A stretch of DNA of 58,114 nucleotides, the filler included, from Circinaria calcarea (taxonomy: Eukaryota), in assembly GCA_051942165.1 (NCBI GenBank). It is 3 parts of 3 records of this genome, joined end to end, with 100 filler letters (N's around TTAATTAATTAA, not from the genome) between each part and the next. Parts side by side here need not be neighbours in the genome. Positions count along the whole stretch, not along the records: positions 1 to 19,375 come from JAVECS010000211.1; 2 more parts are not named here. One strand, 5' to 3'. A program made the translations under genes and the position numbers. Positions 1 through 11,259 of this stretch are shown here, one piece after another. How positions within the stretch are numbered: the first letter of the stretch is position 1; every line of letters begins with the position of its first letter. The notes under the pieces were generated by a model. That model did no database searches, was not told the DNA's origin, and saw only the letters and a program-made list of their open reading frames with translations.

Positions 1-1
1 T

Positions 2-2212
2 CTCTCCGAGGATGAGCCACATGTTAGACTGGGCTACCTTGATCCACCACCTGGATGGAGAACCCAAGCAGCAGTGGGTGACTTGACAGACTCCATAGGT
101 AGCTTTGTCACTGGTAAAGATGGGAAGCCTCTGAGAAACTACGACATGCCGAGGTATTTATCTAGCAAGATCAGCCCACACCGAGTGGACGCCTACTTTC
201 GCCTCCACCCCAAATTCTCCTACGATGACATCGAAGCTCGCCAGCCTAGCTGGTGTCCACGGCTGTCACGCAATATGCTGAACAACGATCGGCTTCGAAA
301 AGGCCGCCGGCCGTTCTCTGCGCGCTGCTGGACTTCAACATGCAGCTACCCGTCCAAGGTTGATGTCGAGTTTGTGGAATCTCTTAGTATGCTTCAAATC
401 ATGCTTAACACTGGGTGGGTTGTCACGCCTCGTGGAATACACAATCCCAAAAACTCAAATAGACTTTATCCTTTAGACCATTTTCTCCATGGAGAACGCT
501 GGCACACCCCTTCTGTGGAAGTTGCAGAAGCTCTAGCAGATAGCCATAGGCTTCAAGTCTTGGCCGCCGCCCATGGCAAACCTCACTGGAGGGAGTTACC
601 TGGAGAGCTACTACCGAGAGAGTGGTTCAAGCGCACCCGTGCAGCGAAGGCTAGAAAGGGTTTTACGGATGGGGTTGTCGAACAAAATAGCGCGCTAACG
701 GGAGGTCCGCGAGCTATTAAAAGAACATTAACAACCGTAAAGCTGGATGCTGAAGAAAGTGCTGAATCCGATTTTCCATCATCCAAGCGAAGTTGTTCAG
801 CTCCAATGCGCAATGCAAAACATCAGACAAAAGTGAAGACCGCCAGCTCTAAGCGGAAGAGAGTTCTGGAAGATTTGAATGATGAGAACGTAACTAAGGA
901 TGATGAGGAAGAGGGTAGGGCTAGCTTACGATCATTGAAGCGTGTTTGTGCGAGAGCCAATGCTACCGATGGAGAGGCCGAAACCCTTGATGTAGGATAC
1001 AAACGATTTCGTGTCTCAAAGAGCGCTCAAGAACAAAGAGAGACTGTTCTCTCAGGACGTCTTACTCGCTCTGGCAATCTTGGGAACTCTGATGACGCCG
1101 GGAGGCTTGTGAAGATCGAAAGAGCTCGATTAACAGATCATGATCCTGTACCGAAAGGGAACATAATGCCTTCCGCAGGAGAGCTTTTACCAGGTGATCG
1201 ACCACATAGGATTAGTTTCGAGCATACCATGCACTCACGTAGGAGCTCTGAGCCTGACAAACTTAGCTACGGGGTAGGCAGTCAAGAACTACCACAGAAG
1301 ATACCATCCCGAAACCAGTACGCAAATCTCTACGCAGATGCACTTACCAAAGCCGCCCAACCTTACTACAGAGACGGTAATCAAAACGTGGCACAAGTGG
1401 AGGCGCCGTTTGTGGCTAGTCAGCATAACCTTAATGGAGGTCGAGATAAGCCTGTGAGGTCTAGACTTGGATATGGCAATGGCTATGAGGGACCGAAGGC
1501 CGGACCCCCAAACGAACAGCGAAACCATTGTGTAGGGGGATCACATGAATCTTTCGGTCATAGCTATAATCGTGATAGCCAACCCGTGAGTACGCGCTTC
1601 ATTTCAAATTACTAGACTTTTGCTAATACTGTATATCAGGCAAGCTCTCCCAATAAGTCCCCTTGCGGAGCGCGTGATTCTCTATCGTCCCATTCGCAAA
1701 CTCGCGGAGTAGCTGACTTTGACCCTCACCTCTTGGATCCACGGCCAAGAGGTTTAACTTCATCTTATCTACAACAGCAATCTCTAGGACTACCTTATCC
1801 ACCCAGCCGTATTTCCTCGCCTCTTGCTATGAAGCCTTCCGGATTCGAAATTATGCATCATAATAACGAAAATGCGCAGCTTGCACACTTCGATTCAGGT
1901 GCTCCGGGATATCAGGACCTAGCAGCCGATGATTTGAATGAAAGACCTAGTGGCCCTTCTGATATTGCTTCTTACTTGCCGTTGCAACCAGCTGGAGACA
2001 GTCCACAAGAGCAGAGTTTAAATGCCGCCTCTCAGCCTTCACAACTTGGATACCCTGTCAGGACCATCGCTAGCAACCCCCTATCTCGATCGGCCCTTCC
2101 TTCTCTGGAGGATGATTTCTTCAACCAATTCGTCCACCCATACGACTTGTATGAGGGAGAAGCTATTCCTGCAAATTTTGACTCGAATATCTGGCGATTG
2201 AGTGATGATTGA
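2..2212 (+). CDS. Uncharacterised protein, 5'-partial; exons <2..1585 and 1640..2212; paralogue of the gene at 5478-7977
   Basis: The frame of ORF 74..1615 is open back to nt 2 (LSEDEPHVRLGYLDPPPGW...). A GTGAGT...GCTAAT...CAG intron at 1586-1639 (phase 0) joins it in frame to ORF 1733..2212. The N-terminal ~190 aa align by eye with the 6049..8088 ORF. Confidence 0.8.
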
Positions 2213-3557
2213 AACGAATCCAGCATCCTCTGAGTTATGAATGATGAAAGGCTTTCTCTTTACTATGTTCTCCACAATGCTATTGTACTCTAGCTGTTAT
2301 GGCCATCGATGATTACGACGTTACGACTTTAAGTTTCTACGAATTTTCTTCTACGCGATGCGAAAGTCTTTACCATAATTACTGCTGATACTCCTGCAAA
2401 TGACCATCAGAAACCGTCGCCTGCAGGAGGAAATCGGTGGAGAGGACGAAAGCAGTGAAAGTAAGGCAGTAGATGGATAAAGAAAGCATAGTATGGGCGT
2501 GTTGAGCTGGGCCCTGAATTGGCGTTGGAAAAGATAGCATTTGGGGCTGACCTGTTGGAGTGTTACTCTGGTTGCATACTAGTAGCCATAGCCAGCCAGA
2601 GTCCGAGTTCTACACAGAATAGTGTTTAGTACAAAGTAAACTTTCAGATGATCCATCTTCTTTGATAAACCTTTCCATAACCTGCTACCAGGGTAATTTT
2701 GAGATTCGTTAATCGCTAGCAGGCTACTAGAAAAGGGGTAGGCGCTAAGCAAATAGGGGCTACTACGGCTTATCAGTAGGGCCGACACCGAATCACCAAG
2801 TGTGCAAAGCCCAGTACACGAGCCGCTAACTCTATATACTTAAAGTATCGGCCTACTGTGGTACGGCTTCGCTTCTTGCAACTGCTGCGATGGCTCGGAG
2901 TGGCAGCGCTTGCTCCAAAGGCTTCTCGGAACGAATATTGGAAGGTCTCAATCCTCAGCAACAGGCAGCCGGTAAATGGAGTCTGATCCCTGTTTATCAT
3001 CGGTACCTGCACGATGGAGGATTGATTAGCGGGTCGCTGAACCGGAAATCGAAGCAGTGCGATCCTTGCATCCTGTCCCTTCCGACCTATCCTAGACGAC
3101 CGCTCAGGGAAGTACCCATTACATTTGATTAAGAATGGTGTGGAGATGGACTCAGCAATGGCCTGGTACGGGCGCTGTGGTGCTCGCGGATCACGAGATT
3201 CGGAAAGCTGAGAATCAGGTAGGTCCAAAGGAATAACTATACTTGAAGAGCGACAGGAACTCTATTAATAGAGCATCAATTCCTTGTCTCAATTTGGAGG
3301 ATCTACAATTGCTTGAGAATTTCATCGTTTTGGCTTCATTCCTAATCTGTGGCGCCATCTCGGTGATTGGTATTCGTTCCGTTTGCGCTTTAGCGGGTAA
3401 TCGTGAATGCCGCTCCTTACTAACACGGATCCTACGGTCTGTCCCCGCGCATTATGTGATCGGTTGAAGAGTTGCCTACTCTGTTTTTCCTAATAATATT
3501 ATTTTGTCGGCCCTCAGAGAAACAAGAGCGCCGAAGCATTCAATACCTCAAGCAAAC

Positions 3558-4459
3558 ATGCGGGCCATCGACAGAGAGCCCAAAGTCAATAAGAGGGAAA
3601 AGGAGATGAAGGTGTTGGTTCTGGGCATGTCCCGCACAGGCACTTACTGTACGCCCAATTGCACGCATCAGGAGAGTTCACCCACTGCTTCGCTGACTCC
3701 TACGTAGCCATATATACCGCTCTCCAACAGCTCGGCTACCATCCCTACCATATGGCCGAGGCAATGAAAGATCCGAAACGGCAGCTTCCGCTTTGGGAAG
3801 ATGCCGTGAATGCCAAGTACCGTGGCATTGGAAAGCGCTTCGGACGGACAGAATTCGACAAGATTCTTAGCAACTTTGATGTAGGTCTCTTACCGATCGT
3901 ACCCGTCAGTCTTGCTGATGTAGCATAGGCCATTGCAGATATGCCCTGTGCTCTTCTCATCGATGAAATGATAGCTGCTTACCCCAACGCAAAAGTGGTC
4001 CTCACCAATCGCGATGTGGACAAATGGCTAGTTTCAATGCAAAGTACTGTTTTCAACGTCGCGACATGGCCTACCTGGCGCTATTTGGCTCCCTTCGACT
4101 CAACAATGGTGGGCCCATGGTGGCACTTTTGCGAATGTCTACTCGGCGCCTGGCCTGGTAAGCCCTACAACGCCACGGCCCGCCAAAAGTATCTGGAGCA
4201 TTACGCATATATAAGGAAGGTAGTACCCAAGGAGAAGTTACTCGAGTTCAAAAGTCAGGATGGCTTCGGTCCGTTGTGCGCGTTCCTCGGGGTCGAAGTA
4301 CCCCCTTTCGAGTATCCGAATATCAACGACTCGAATAGTTTTGTATGGAACCACACCTTGCTATGGTTCCGCGGACTCTTCTTCGCGTTTATCAAGATTC
4401 TAGGAGCGTGTGCACCGTTAGCGGCTTTGGTATTCGCATACTACTATATCAAGCGGTAA
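3558..4459 (+). CDS. Sulfotransferase-like P-loop protein (Sulfotransfer_4 type, often annotated 'NAD-dependent epimerase/dehydratase') with a C-terminal hydrophobic anchor; exons 3558..3648, 3708..3880, 3929..4459
   Basis: The spliced product has MKVLVLGMSRTGTYS...ALQQLGYHPYHM, D-M-P-C, YPNAKVVLTNRDVDKWLVSM and VPKEKLLEF...GFGPLCAFLG...YPNIND. Two canonical introns at 3649-3707 and 3881-3928. Confidence 0.85.
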
Positions 4460-5477
4460 GGTCGCGTTCGGGAAGCTTGTAGACTATAAAACTATACCTA
4501 GGACATCTCAACAAAAGCACAAATATTCACATCGATTTCTCTCGCAATCTGCAGTGTCATACGGTTAGAGTTACCACACCTAATGCTTCTTAATCCTCCC
4601 TCCCGGCTCAAAGGATACCCTGTTCAATTTACCATACCCCCGGATGGGCGAAGTAGAGTATCAGATGATTATAGATTCCACATCGCACAGGAGTGTTTAA
4701 CTGAATTATCCTTACAAAACGGATGGGCGCTGCCAAAGGCATGGGCTCTCACACTCTACTAACTATACTCAGAGGAGTATATCTAGTATTACTAATACTC
4801 TAATCCTCCATTCCCCGGCCCCCTTTTAAACTCCATCTAAGAACTACGATTATTCCCGTACCCTCCTGCTCGGCTCTGAAATATTAATCTACGTGAGCTT
4901 GGATCATTATTTTCAATCGTTTTTCAATTGTTTTCTATGTTTTTCTTGTCTAATGCTACTTGCAACACATGCAAAGAAAAGAAACGTGCAATGTACCCAA
5001 CGCGATGCGACTCGACGACAATTTCGGGTGAGGAGTAGTTTGAGTCTCGCAAAGGGTACAGAAGTGCAGCATCATGCTGGGGCTTCGAACCCTGGTGGTG
5101 GTGCTGCTGCTGCTATGAAAGGAAGGGAGAGATGGGATTTTGGGAGGTGAGAGGAGAGCAAGGGGGCGGAATGTGTACACAATCTAGCTTCGACAACAGA
5201 GAATGGATAATACACGGGCTGTAAATTTCTTGGGTACAGAGGCCATCGCATCCTCCCTCTCATAGTACTCCCACATCGGACCTCGGATACTAGGCATTGG
5301 GATGATAGCTCAAGCATAAGCGACACCCCGAACTGTGTTGGACAACGGAGCCACGTCAGTGAAACGGACATTAATGGCTCGAGTGAAAGAATAGCAAAAA
5401 GACAAACGCATGCTGAAGAGAGGTGAAAAGAAAAGGAAATACAGCCTTGATCCTAGAAGAAATCTGCAAGATGCCCA

Positions 5478-7977
5478 TCATCTCATGAATTCGGGCTCAA
5501 TTGATTCAGCCCAATTATCCAGCACCTCTACGGGAATGTTTCTAAGGAATTCTAGATCGTCATCGTCTAGGGTTGGTAGTGAGATATCTTCCAGGGCGAA
5601 GGTGGTGTCTGGGGAATTGGCTTGTGGGTCGAAAGGTGGGATTATGCGATTTGCTCGTACGTTGTTCAAGAAATCATCATCCTCATCGTAGTCGAGGCCT
5701 TGCGGTGCAAAGTCTCCCAGTGCGAAAGTCGTGTTTTGATCGTCGAATTGCAAATCGGAAGGTGGGCTTGTGTAAGTTGGCGAAAGCGTTTGAAGTGGTG
5801 GGATTGTTCGAGATGGTGAGGCGGGTAGCAGTGCTTCGGATGAGGGATCCCACCCACTTCCCTCTCCATGCAAGTCCTGTGGACGATCTGCGTAACCCAA
5901 AAATGTGCTGGGATTGCTTCCGTACAAATCAGGTACATATGGTGGGACTCGTGTATGGCTCTCTAGAATCGGTTGCGTAGGAACTGGTGCTGGCGAGCTC
6001 TGGGAGGTGGGCGAGGTAGATGCAGAGACTGGTTCCTATTGCAAACAGTCAGATAGGGGTTGCCGAATGAGAAGAGTGAATTATAATTACCCCCGCGTAA
6101 GCGTTTGCAAAGCTGGGTAGCTCTGCTGATGTATCGATACCGATGCTAGCAACATTATAGTAAGGTAGGCCAATGTAGGTTTGAGCGGCTGGCAGTTGGG
6201 GATTTGGGTCAGTGTTAGGAAGGATATGCGGTTCTATCACCCCAAACGCGTTTCGAGGGTCCATCTTCTGAGCCTTCATGTCCATATAAAGATCATTACG
6301 CGATGTTGGTATCCTATTTGTTTCGTTGGTGAGCGTGGCTTTACCTATACTCGGGTGAAAAGCTAGCACCGGATCGTATCGCCCTTGGTCGAGTAAAGTC
6401 CTATTCGCTGAAGAATTAGAGTACAGTAGAGCTGAAAGCGGTGGATTCAGTGAGACATCTCCGAGAGATGACGCTGTGGAACACTGATTATCCGCTTCTG
6501 TGTAGGGAGGATAAACTGCCTTCTTAAGCCTATGTCCGGGAGCTGAAGCTGCTTGTACGAAAGTGCTAGTATCCGGAGAAGCAAGCTGGTACAGATCGGC
6601 TGATCTGGGTGTTATGCTTGAAGATGATGTAGATGCATCAACTCTGCTTCTCTTTCTTGATTCCATTTCGACATGGTCATCTATTACCATGGGTCTCTTA
6701 CGCGGGTTGCTAGCTGTGATTTCTGCTTCTCGTAATTGCTTTTGATAGTGAGGCGGATCAGGATGCACTGACTGGAATCCGTCCTTATCGCCAACTGGCG
6801 CATATTGCGAGTTTCCGACTGGTCCCCTACACCAAATATCCCGCTGGCCCCACCCTTTGACTGTGCCTCCACTCACATAACCTGTTGGCCTGGCAGGGAT
6901 GCTCCTACTACTCTCGGAAAAGTAAGCTGGGTGATTGCGTTTAGTAATAGAGCTTTGTGGGAAATCCACGGATTCGGCTGTCTGAAGCTCGTCTGTCACT
7001 TCACCGTCTTTAGAATTGTGTGAAAGAGGTTCTCTGTTATCGTAAAGATGTTCATCTGAATTATGACTCCTATCCACTAGATCGATCCTTGGCGTATTTA
7101 CTGCATTGGGAACAAAACTTGTGCTCTTAGGTTTAGATCCTCTTGAACATCCCCACGCTATCCGTGAGGTCTTGAAATAACCTTTGCCAGTGTTCGAATG
7201 AGGAACCTTAAGTTTCACTTCAAGTTTGCTCTTCTTAGATTTGGTCTTCCCATTATCACTATCTTCCTCCTCAGTCGCGTCAAGGTCATCTGACTTCCGC
7301 TTTTTCCCCTTGACGTGACGTCCTAACCACTTCTGTGGAACCCCATCACTTGATTTCTTCATTGGTACCTCCTTCCAGTGGCCATAGCCTTGACTAGTGG
7401 CCAATGCTTTGAGGCGTCTGCTCTCGGCAAGTGCGTTCAAGACGTCGTCATGGGGTGTGTGTTCTACACCATTTTCAAGGAAAGAGTCTAGATGTAAAAA
7501 GACATTGGGATCGTCTGGATGCTGGATACCACGAGCGGTAATCTTCCAGTTGCAGTTCTTCTTGAGCATGTCGTCAGTCAAATTCTCAACTTGCTCGATC
7601 AACACTTTTGCGGGCTGCCCTCCGTTCTTGCGCCATACACGGGCATTGTAGGGTTTGCGCGCTTGTCGAAGGCGTCTGTTGTTCATTTGATTGGTCAGGT
7701 TGTAAGTGAGTTCAGGGCAGCCTGCAGGCTGCCGTGATCCGAGGTCGTCGTAAGAGAGCGCCGGGTGCATTCGGAAATAAACCTCAACATCTCGGGGATC
7801 CATATCCATGACACTGCATGTGAATTCTCTCGGCAAGAAAGGAAAGTCTCGAAGTTGTTTACCATTGCGGCCTTTTGCTGGCGTCCCAGTCAAGGAGTCC
7901 AGGAGCGGTCCAGGCGTTGGTAGATCATAAAACCCAGTAGGCGGATCCAACTGACCTAACAAAGGCCACAGAGACAT
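5478..7977 (-). CDS. Uncharacterised protein; exons 7977..6091 and 6035..5478; paralogue of the gene at 2-2212 (further upstream exons possible)
   Basis: The first ATG in the 679-aa ORF is at 7977 (MSLWPLLGQLDPP). A GTAATT...CTGAC...TAG intron at 6090-6036 (phase 0) joins it in frame to ORF 5478..5927. TATAAAAG lies on the minus strand near 8391-8398. Confidence 0.8.
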
Positions 7978-9634
7978 CGTATCTATCTCGTGTGGCTTGA
8001 GTAGGGGAAGTAAACGGAGAGTATCAGTTTTCAAGAAAAGGTGCGTCAACGATGGTCGTAGTAGAGGGAGGGAACAATTCGACCTCAAGTATCTTGGTCA
8101 AATCAGAGTGCAAGGAACAATCAACATAAGCGTGAGCTTCAGTATCTGAAGGAGTAGCACGCACACTGGTAACGGCGTCAGTTTTGTTTTCGAATTGTTA
8201 ACTTCGAAAGAAGCTGCAAAGCACTACCTACGTGGTCCTGTAGATGTTGTGTTTGGATACCGTTGAAATCGGCGGCTGAGGATCGTGTAAAGATGAAGAT
8301 GCTCCGTGGAGGAATTGACGGTAAGATAGTGTTGGATAATTAGAGATTAGGTCCCTCTTCAACGCGCTAGATGCTGGCGAGCATCTAACACTTTTATACT
8401 TGTGTTACTTAAATCTTTTATTTACCGAGTAAATAAACGAAGTAGATTAGCAGCCCTACCAGCTCTTATCATAAGACATACCCGGATAAAGGCCGGTTCT
8501 TACCATCGATATCAAATATCTTCTTCATCAATATAGGTTGTTCCCAGAAATTTCTCCAACCACTTCAACTTACCGACCCGCCAACAGCCATAAAACTTTC
8601 TAAGCTTTATTGAGTCTCGAAAACCTCATCGTGCCTTCGCTTGCGACGAACTGCTCTTTGGGCCCGTATATCCTTCCGGCCCTAAGCTCTGACCGTTTTT
8701 CCACGGATATATCCAACCTGGACAATATTCCTTGGCTAGTAGCCAGGGAGTGGAGACGTCTGATGTTTCAGCAACCACCTTGTTGACATGCTTGGATGGT
8801 GTATGCTCAACACGGTTTCATTTTCGGTTATACGTATCGAAAGAGCAGTCCATCGTCGAAGCTGCATCATAGCTTCGTTCATATATATGAAAATCCTTCT
8901 GCGAGTGAAGGACATAAAAGCCGTCTTCAAACCAGATTTCTTCTCCTCGACACCATTCTCCAGCAGCTTGAACTCCATGGCCGGAATGAGGGGAGCTGGG
9001 CCATCCCGAATAGAAGCTATGATCTTCTTTTGCCCGATTTTCTTCGCCTAGGGAATATGAACGCAAAAAACAGCAGTGTAAGGAGAAAACAAAATACCAT
9101 AGAAGGGAGTCAACAGATCAGATCATAATATATAGTGATAAGGAGAAGAAGGCAATATAATGGCCATAGAGAACGGATTGTCTCCAACCCGTGTCTATTC
9201 ATCGAAGACAAACAAATTGCAGCAGGTTTTATTTAGGAACTCCAAGGACCACATATCGTTCATCCCGGAATCAATTCACCAACCCGCCAAGCTAGGTGAT
9301 GGGCAGTCGCCGAGCCGTGAATAAAGGTAAGGATTCACAACGAGAAAATTGGGGCATTTCTAGCCTTGATACTCATACGTGAATTAGTCGAGGCTGGGGA
9401 AGGCTCGCTTCTTCTTGACCTTTAGAAATGGGGACCGTGACAGTGTGTGGTGGACCTTTTGAGGCCGGTGGGCAAAAGTCGTCGCGGGTGGAAGACGGTC
9501 AGTGTACGATGGGGGTACTCCGTTCCCATCACCCATAGATTGAGTTCTTTCAAGCAGCATAACTATCAGCTCGAGGTCTTGCTATCTTCGACAAGCTATC
9601 ACTCCTGTGCGTGAAGGGTTCTCCGGTACCATGT

Positions 9635-9782
9635 CACATGGGTGACAAGAAAAATGCGACACAACCCATCCATAGCTTAGCGATATCTCGCACTAACATT
9701 AGTGGGGATTATAGCTAAGCTTGGGGAGAAATGTCACTAAGGTGTTATAGGGCTCTGTCGCATTTTGTTTGTCACCCGCGTG
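9635..9782. mobile_element. MITE-like / foldback element with ~33-bp imperfect terminal inverted repeats
   Basis: Left arm CACATGGGTGACAAGAAAAATGCGACACAACCC versus the reverse complement of the right arm CACGCGGGTGACAAACAAAATGCGACAGAGCCC gives 27/33 identity by hand. There is an internal nested IR (GCTTAGC...CACTAA CA TTAGTG...GCTAAGC) and no coding capacity. Confidence 0.55.
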
Positions 9783-10182
9783 CATGTTGTTATTTTCAGC
9801 AACAACTTTTGCTCACCCATCTCGTCTATCGTTAATTTTATCCGCGCCTATATGAACTGGATCGCGGTAAACAGCCCTACCAAAAAACTATTATGGTAGG
9901 GATTTCTAAACGATGCCGCACTCGGCCCGGCTCGGCCCGGTATTATATATTCCCCGCCATTTATTTATTACTTCAGTTGAAATGTGGCTGCTATGGCTAT
10001 GGCCATAGCACCCAATAAGGTTTTCACTATACGCCAAGACGCCAACTAAACGAGGTATGGCCACCCCCTAAGCGTCGATGTAAGGGTGCTAGGATAAATG
10101 CTACGGAGGTGTATTGCAAAACTCATGGCATTAAGCCTGACGGGTTTCCCCACGATAGAACTGGATCCTTCGCCTTCATGTA

Positions 10183-11259
10183 TTATCTTAATCCTATCGT
10201 AAATAACATCTCTGCCTGCGTAAGCGCCACGATCTCACACAGCTCCTCGGGCTTTCCATCCGCCGCATCTGATACCATCCTATAGTAGTCCTTCCTGTCA
10301 ATACTAACAAAAACCACAGGCAGATACCCCTGTCTAACCATATAGTCTGCCATCAACACGCGACCCACTCTCCCATTGCCATCAGGAAAAGGGTGGATGC
10401 TGCAAAAATAAACGAATAGATGGGTAGCCAGAATGAGCGGGTGTAACTGGGAGGACGCATGGCACTGATCGCGCCAGGCTATATATCGCTCCATACAGGC
10501 CGGCACTTCTAACGGATAAGGAAATATGGCCATCGGATTAGATTTGACAGCAATGGGCGTTGAGCGGAACTCTCCAAGAGCAATGCGTTTGCCCCATCCG
10601 TGGGTATAAAGAGCCTCAGCTGCCGTATCCGTCAACATGAGGCGGGAGAGCTGCTTGATATCTGGGATCGAAACCCCTGCTGTGCCTGGGTTTGCAAAGC
10701 CAAATTCTGTAAGGTACCGCGAGACGATAATGTGATTTCTCAGTTCTGCCACTTGGGCTGCGTCTTTACTGGGCAGCAGTGTGTCTGGTGACGGCAGAGC
10801 AAGGCTTGCGAGGGCTTGAGCACCTACACTAGAAAGATCGCTTAAGCGAACGAAAAACTGCTTCTCCAGCTCATCCTCAATGAGTGATGTGTCGACAATC
10901 CTTAAAGGGTTACCTTCGATAGCATTGCTCTGATGGGCGTATTCCTTAATAAGAGCTCTGCAGGTTGATTTAAATAAGTCCGCACGGGCAGAAAAGAACG
11001 ATTTGTATTGATCGGCGGAGGCAAGGGTCTTCTCTAACTTCGTCTGGGCTTCGAGGTATGGCTTAATATTCTGGGGTCTGAAATAGTCTTCCCATACCTT
11101 GCCCGAGTAAGCAAGTGCATCCCACTCTGGGGAATTAACTGGAAATTTTCGAAAAGCCGAGGTATAGACGGCTTCCAGGAGTGCGCGACGAGACGGGAAA
11201 TGTTGGTTGGAAAAAAGTCTTCTACCGACGCGTAGGGGAAGTCTATTGGCGATCATCAT
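10183..11259 (-). CDS. Fic/Fido-domain protein (putative AMPylase/deAMPylase), intronless, with possible mitochondrial presequence
   Basis: Complete Fic motif HPFPDGNGRVGR. Upstream (S/T)xxxE(G/N) regulatory motif SNAIEGN. Arg-rich, acid-free N-terminus. Confidence 0.9.
   Translation of the reverse strand: MMIANRLPLRVGRRLFSNQHFPSRRALLEAVYTSAFRKFPVNSPEWDALAYSGKVWEDYFRPQNIKPYLEAQTKLEKTLASADQYKSFFSARADLFKSTCRALIKEYAHQSNAIEGNPLRIVDTSLIEDELEKQFFVRLSDLSSVGAQALASLALPSPDTLLPSKDAAQVAELRNHIIVSRYLTEFGFANPGTAGVSIPDIKQLSRLMLTDTAAEALYTHGWGKRIALGEFRSTPIAVKSNPMAIFPYPLEVPACMERYIAWRDQCHASSQLHPLILATHLFVYFCSIHPFPDGNGRVGRVLMADYMVRQGYLPVVFVSIDRKDYYRMVSDAADGKPEELCEIVALTQAEMLFTIGLR

Noticed and set aside
2890..3132. 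ORF containing ILEGLNPQQQAA, reminiscent of the N-terminal Q-motif of UvrD/Srs2 helicases, followed by a GTAAAT donor-like site
   Set aside because: No intact Walker A (GPGSGKT) or further helicase sequence follows in any frame I could read. It may be a tiny relic or chance; BLASTX would decide.
4580..4830. Weak direct repeats (TAATCCTCC...CCCGGC twice; CGGATGGGCG twice)
   Set aside because: Short, degenerate and with inconsistent spacing; not enough to call an LTR or tandem duplication.
8736..9128. Four overlapping short ORFs on both strands
   Set aside because: No recognisable motif or consistent exon structure.
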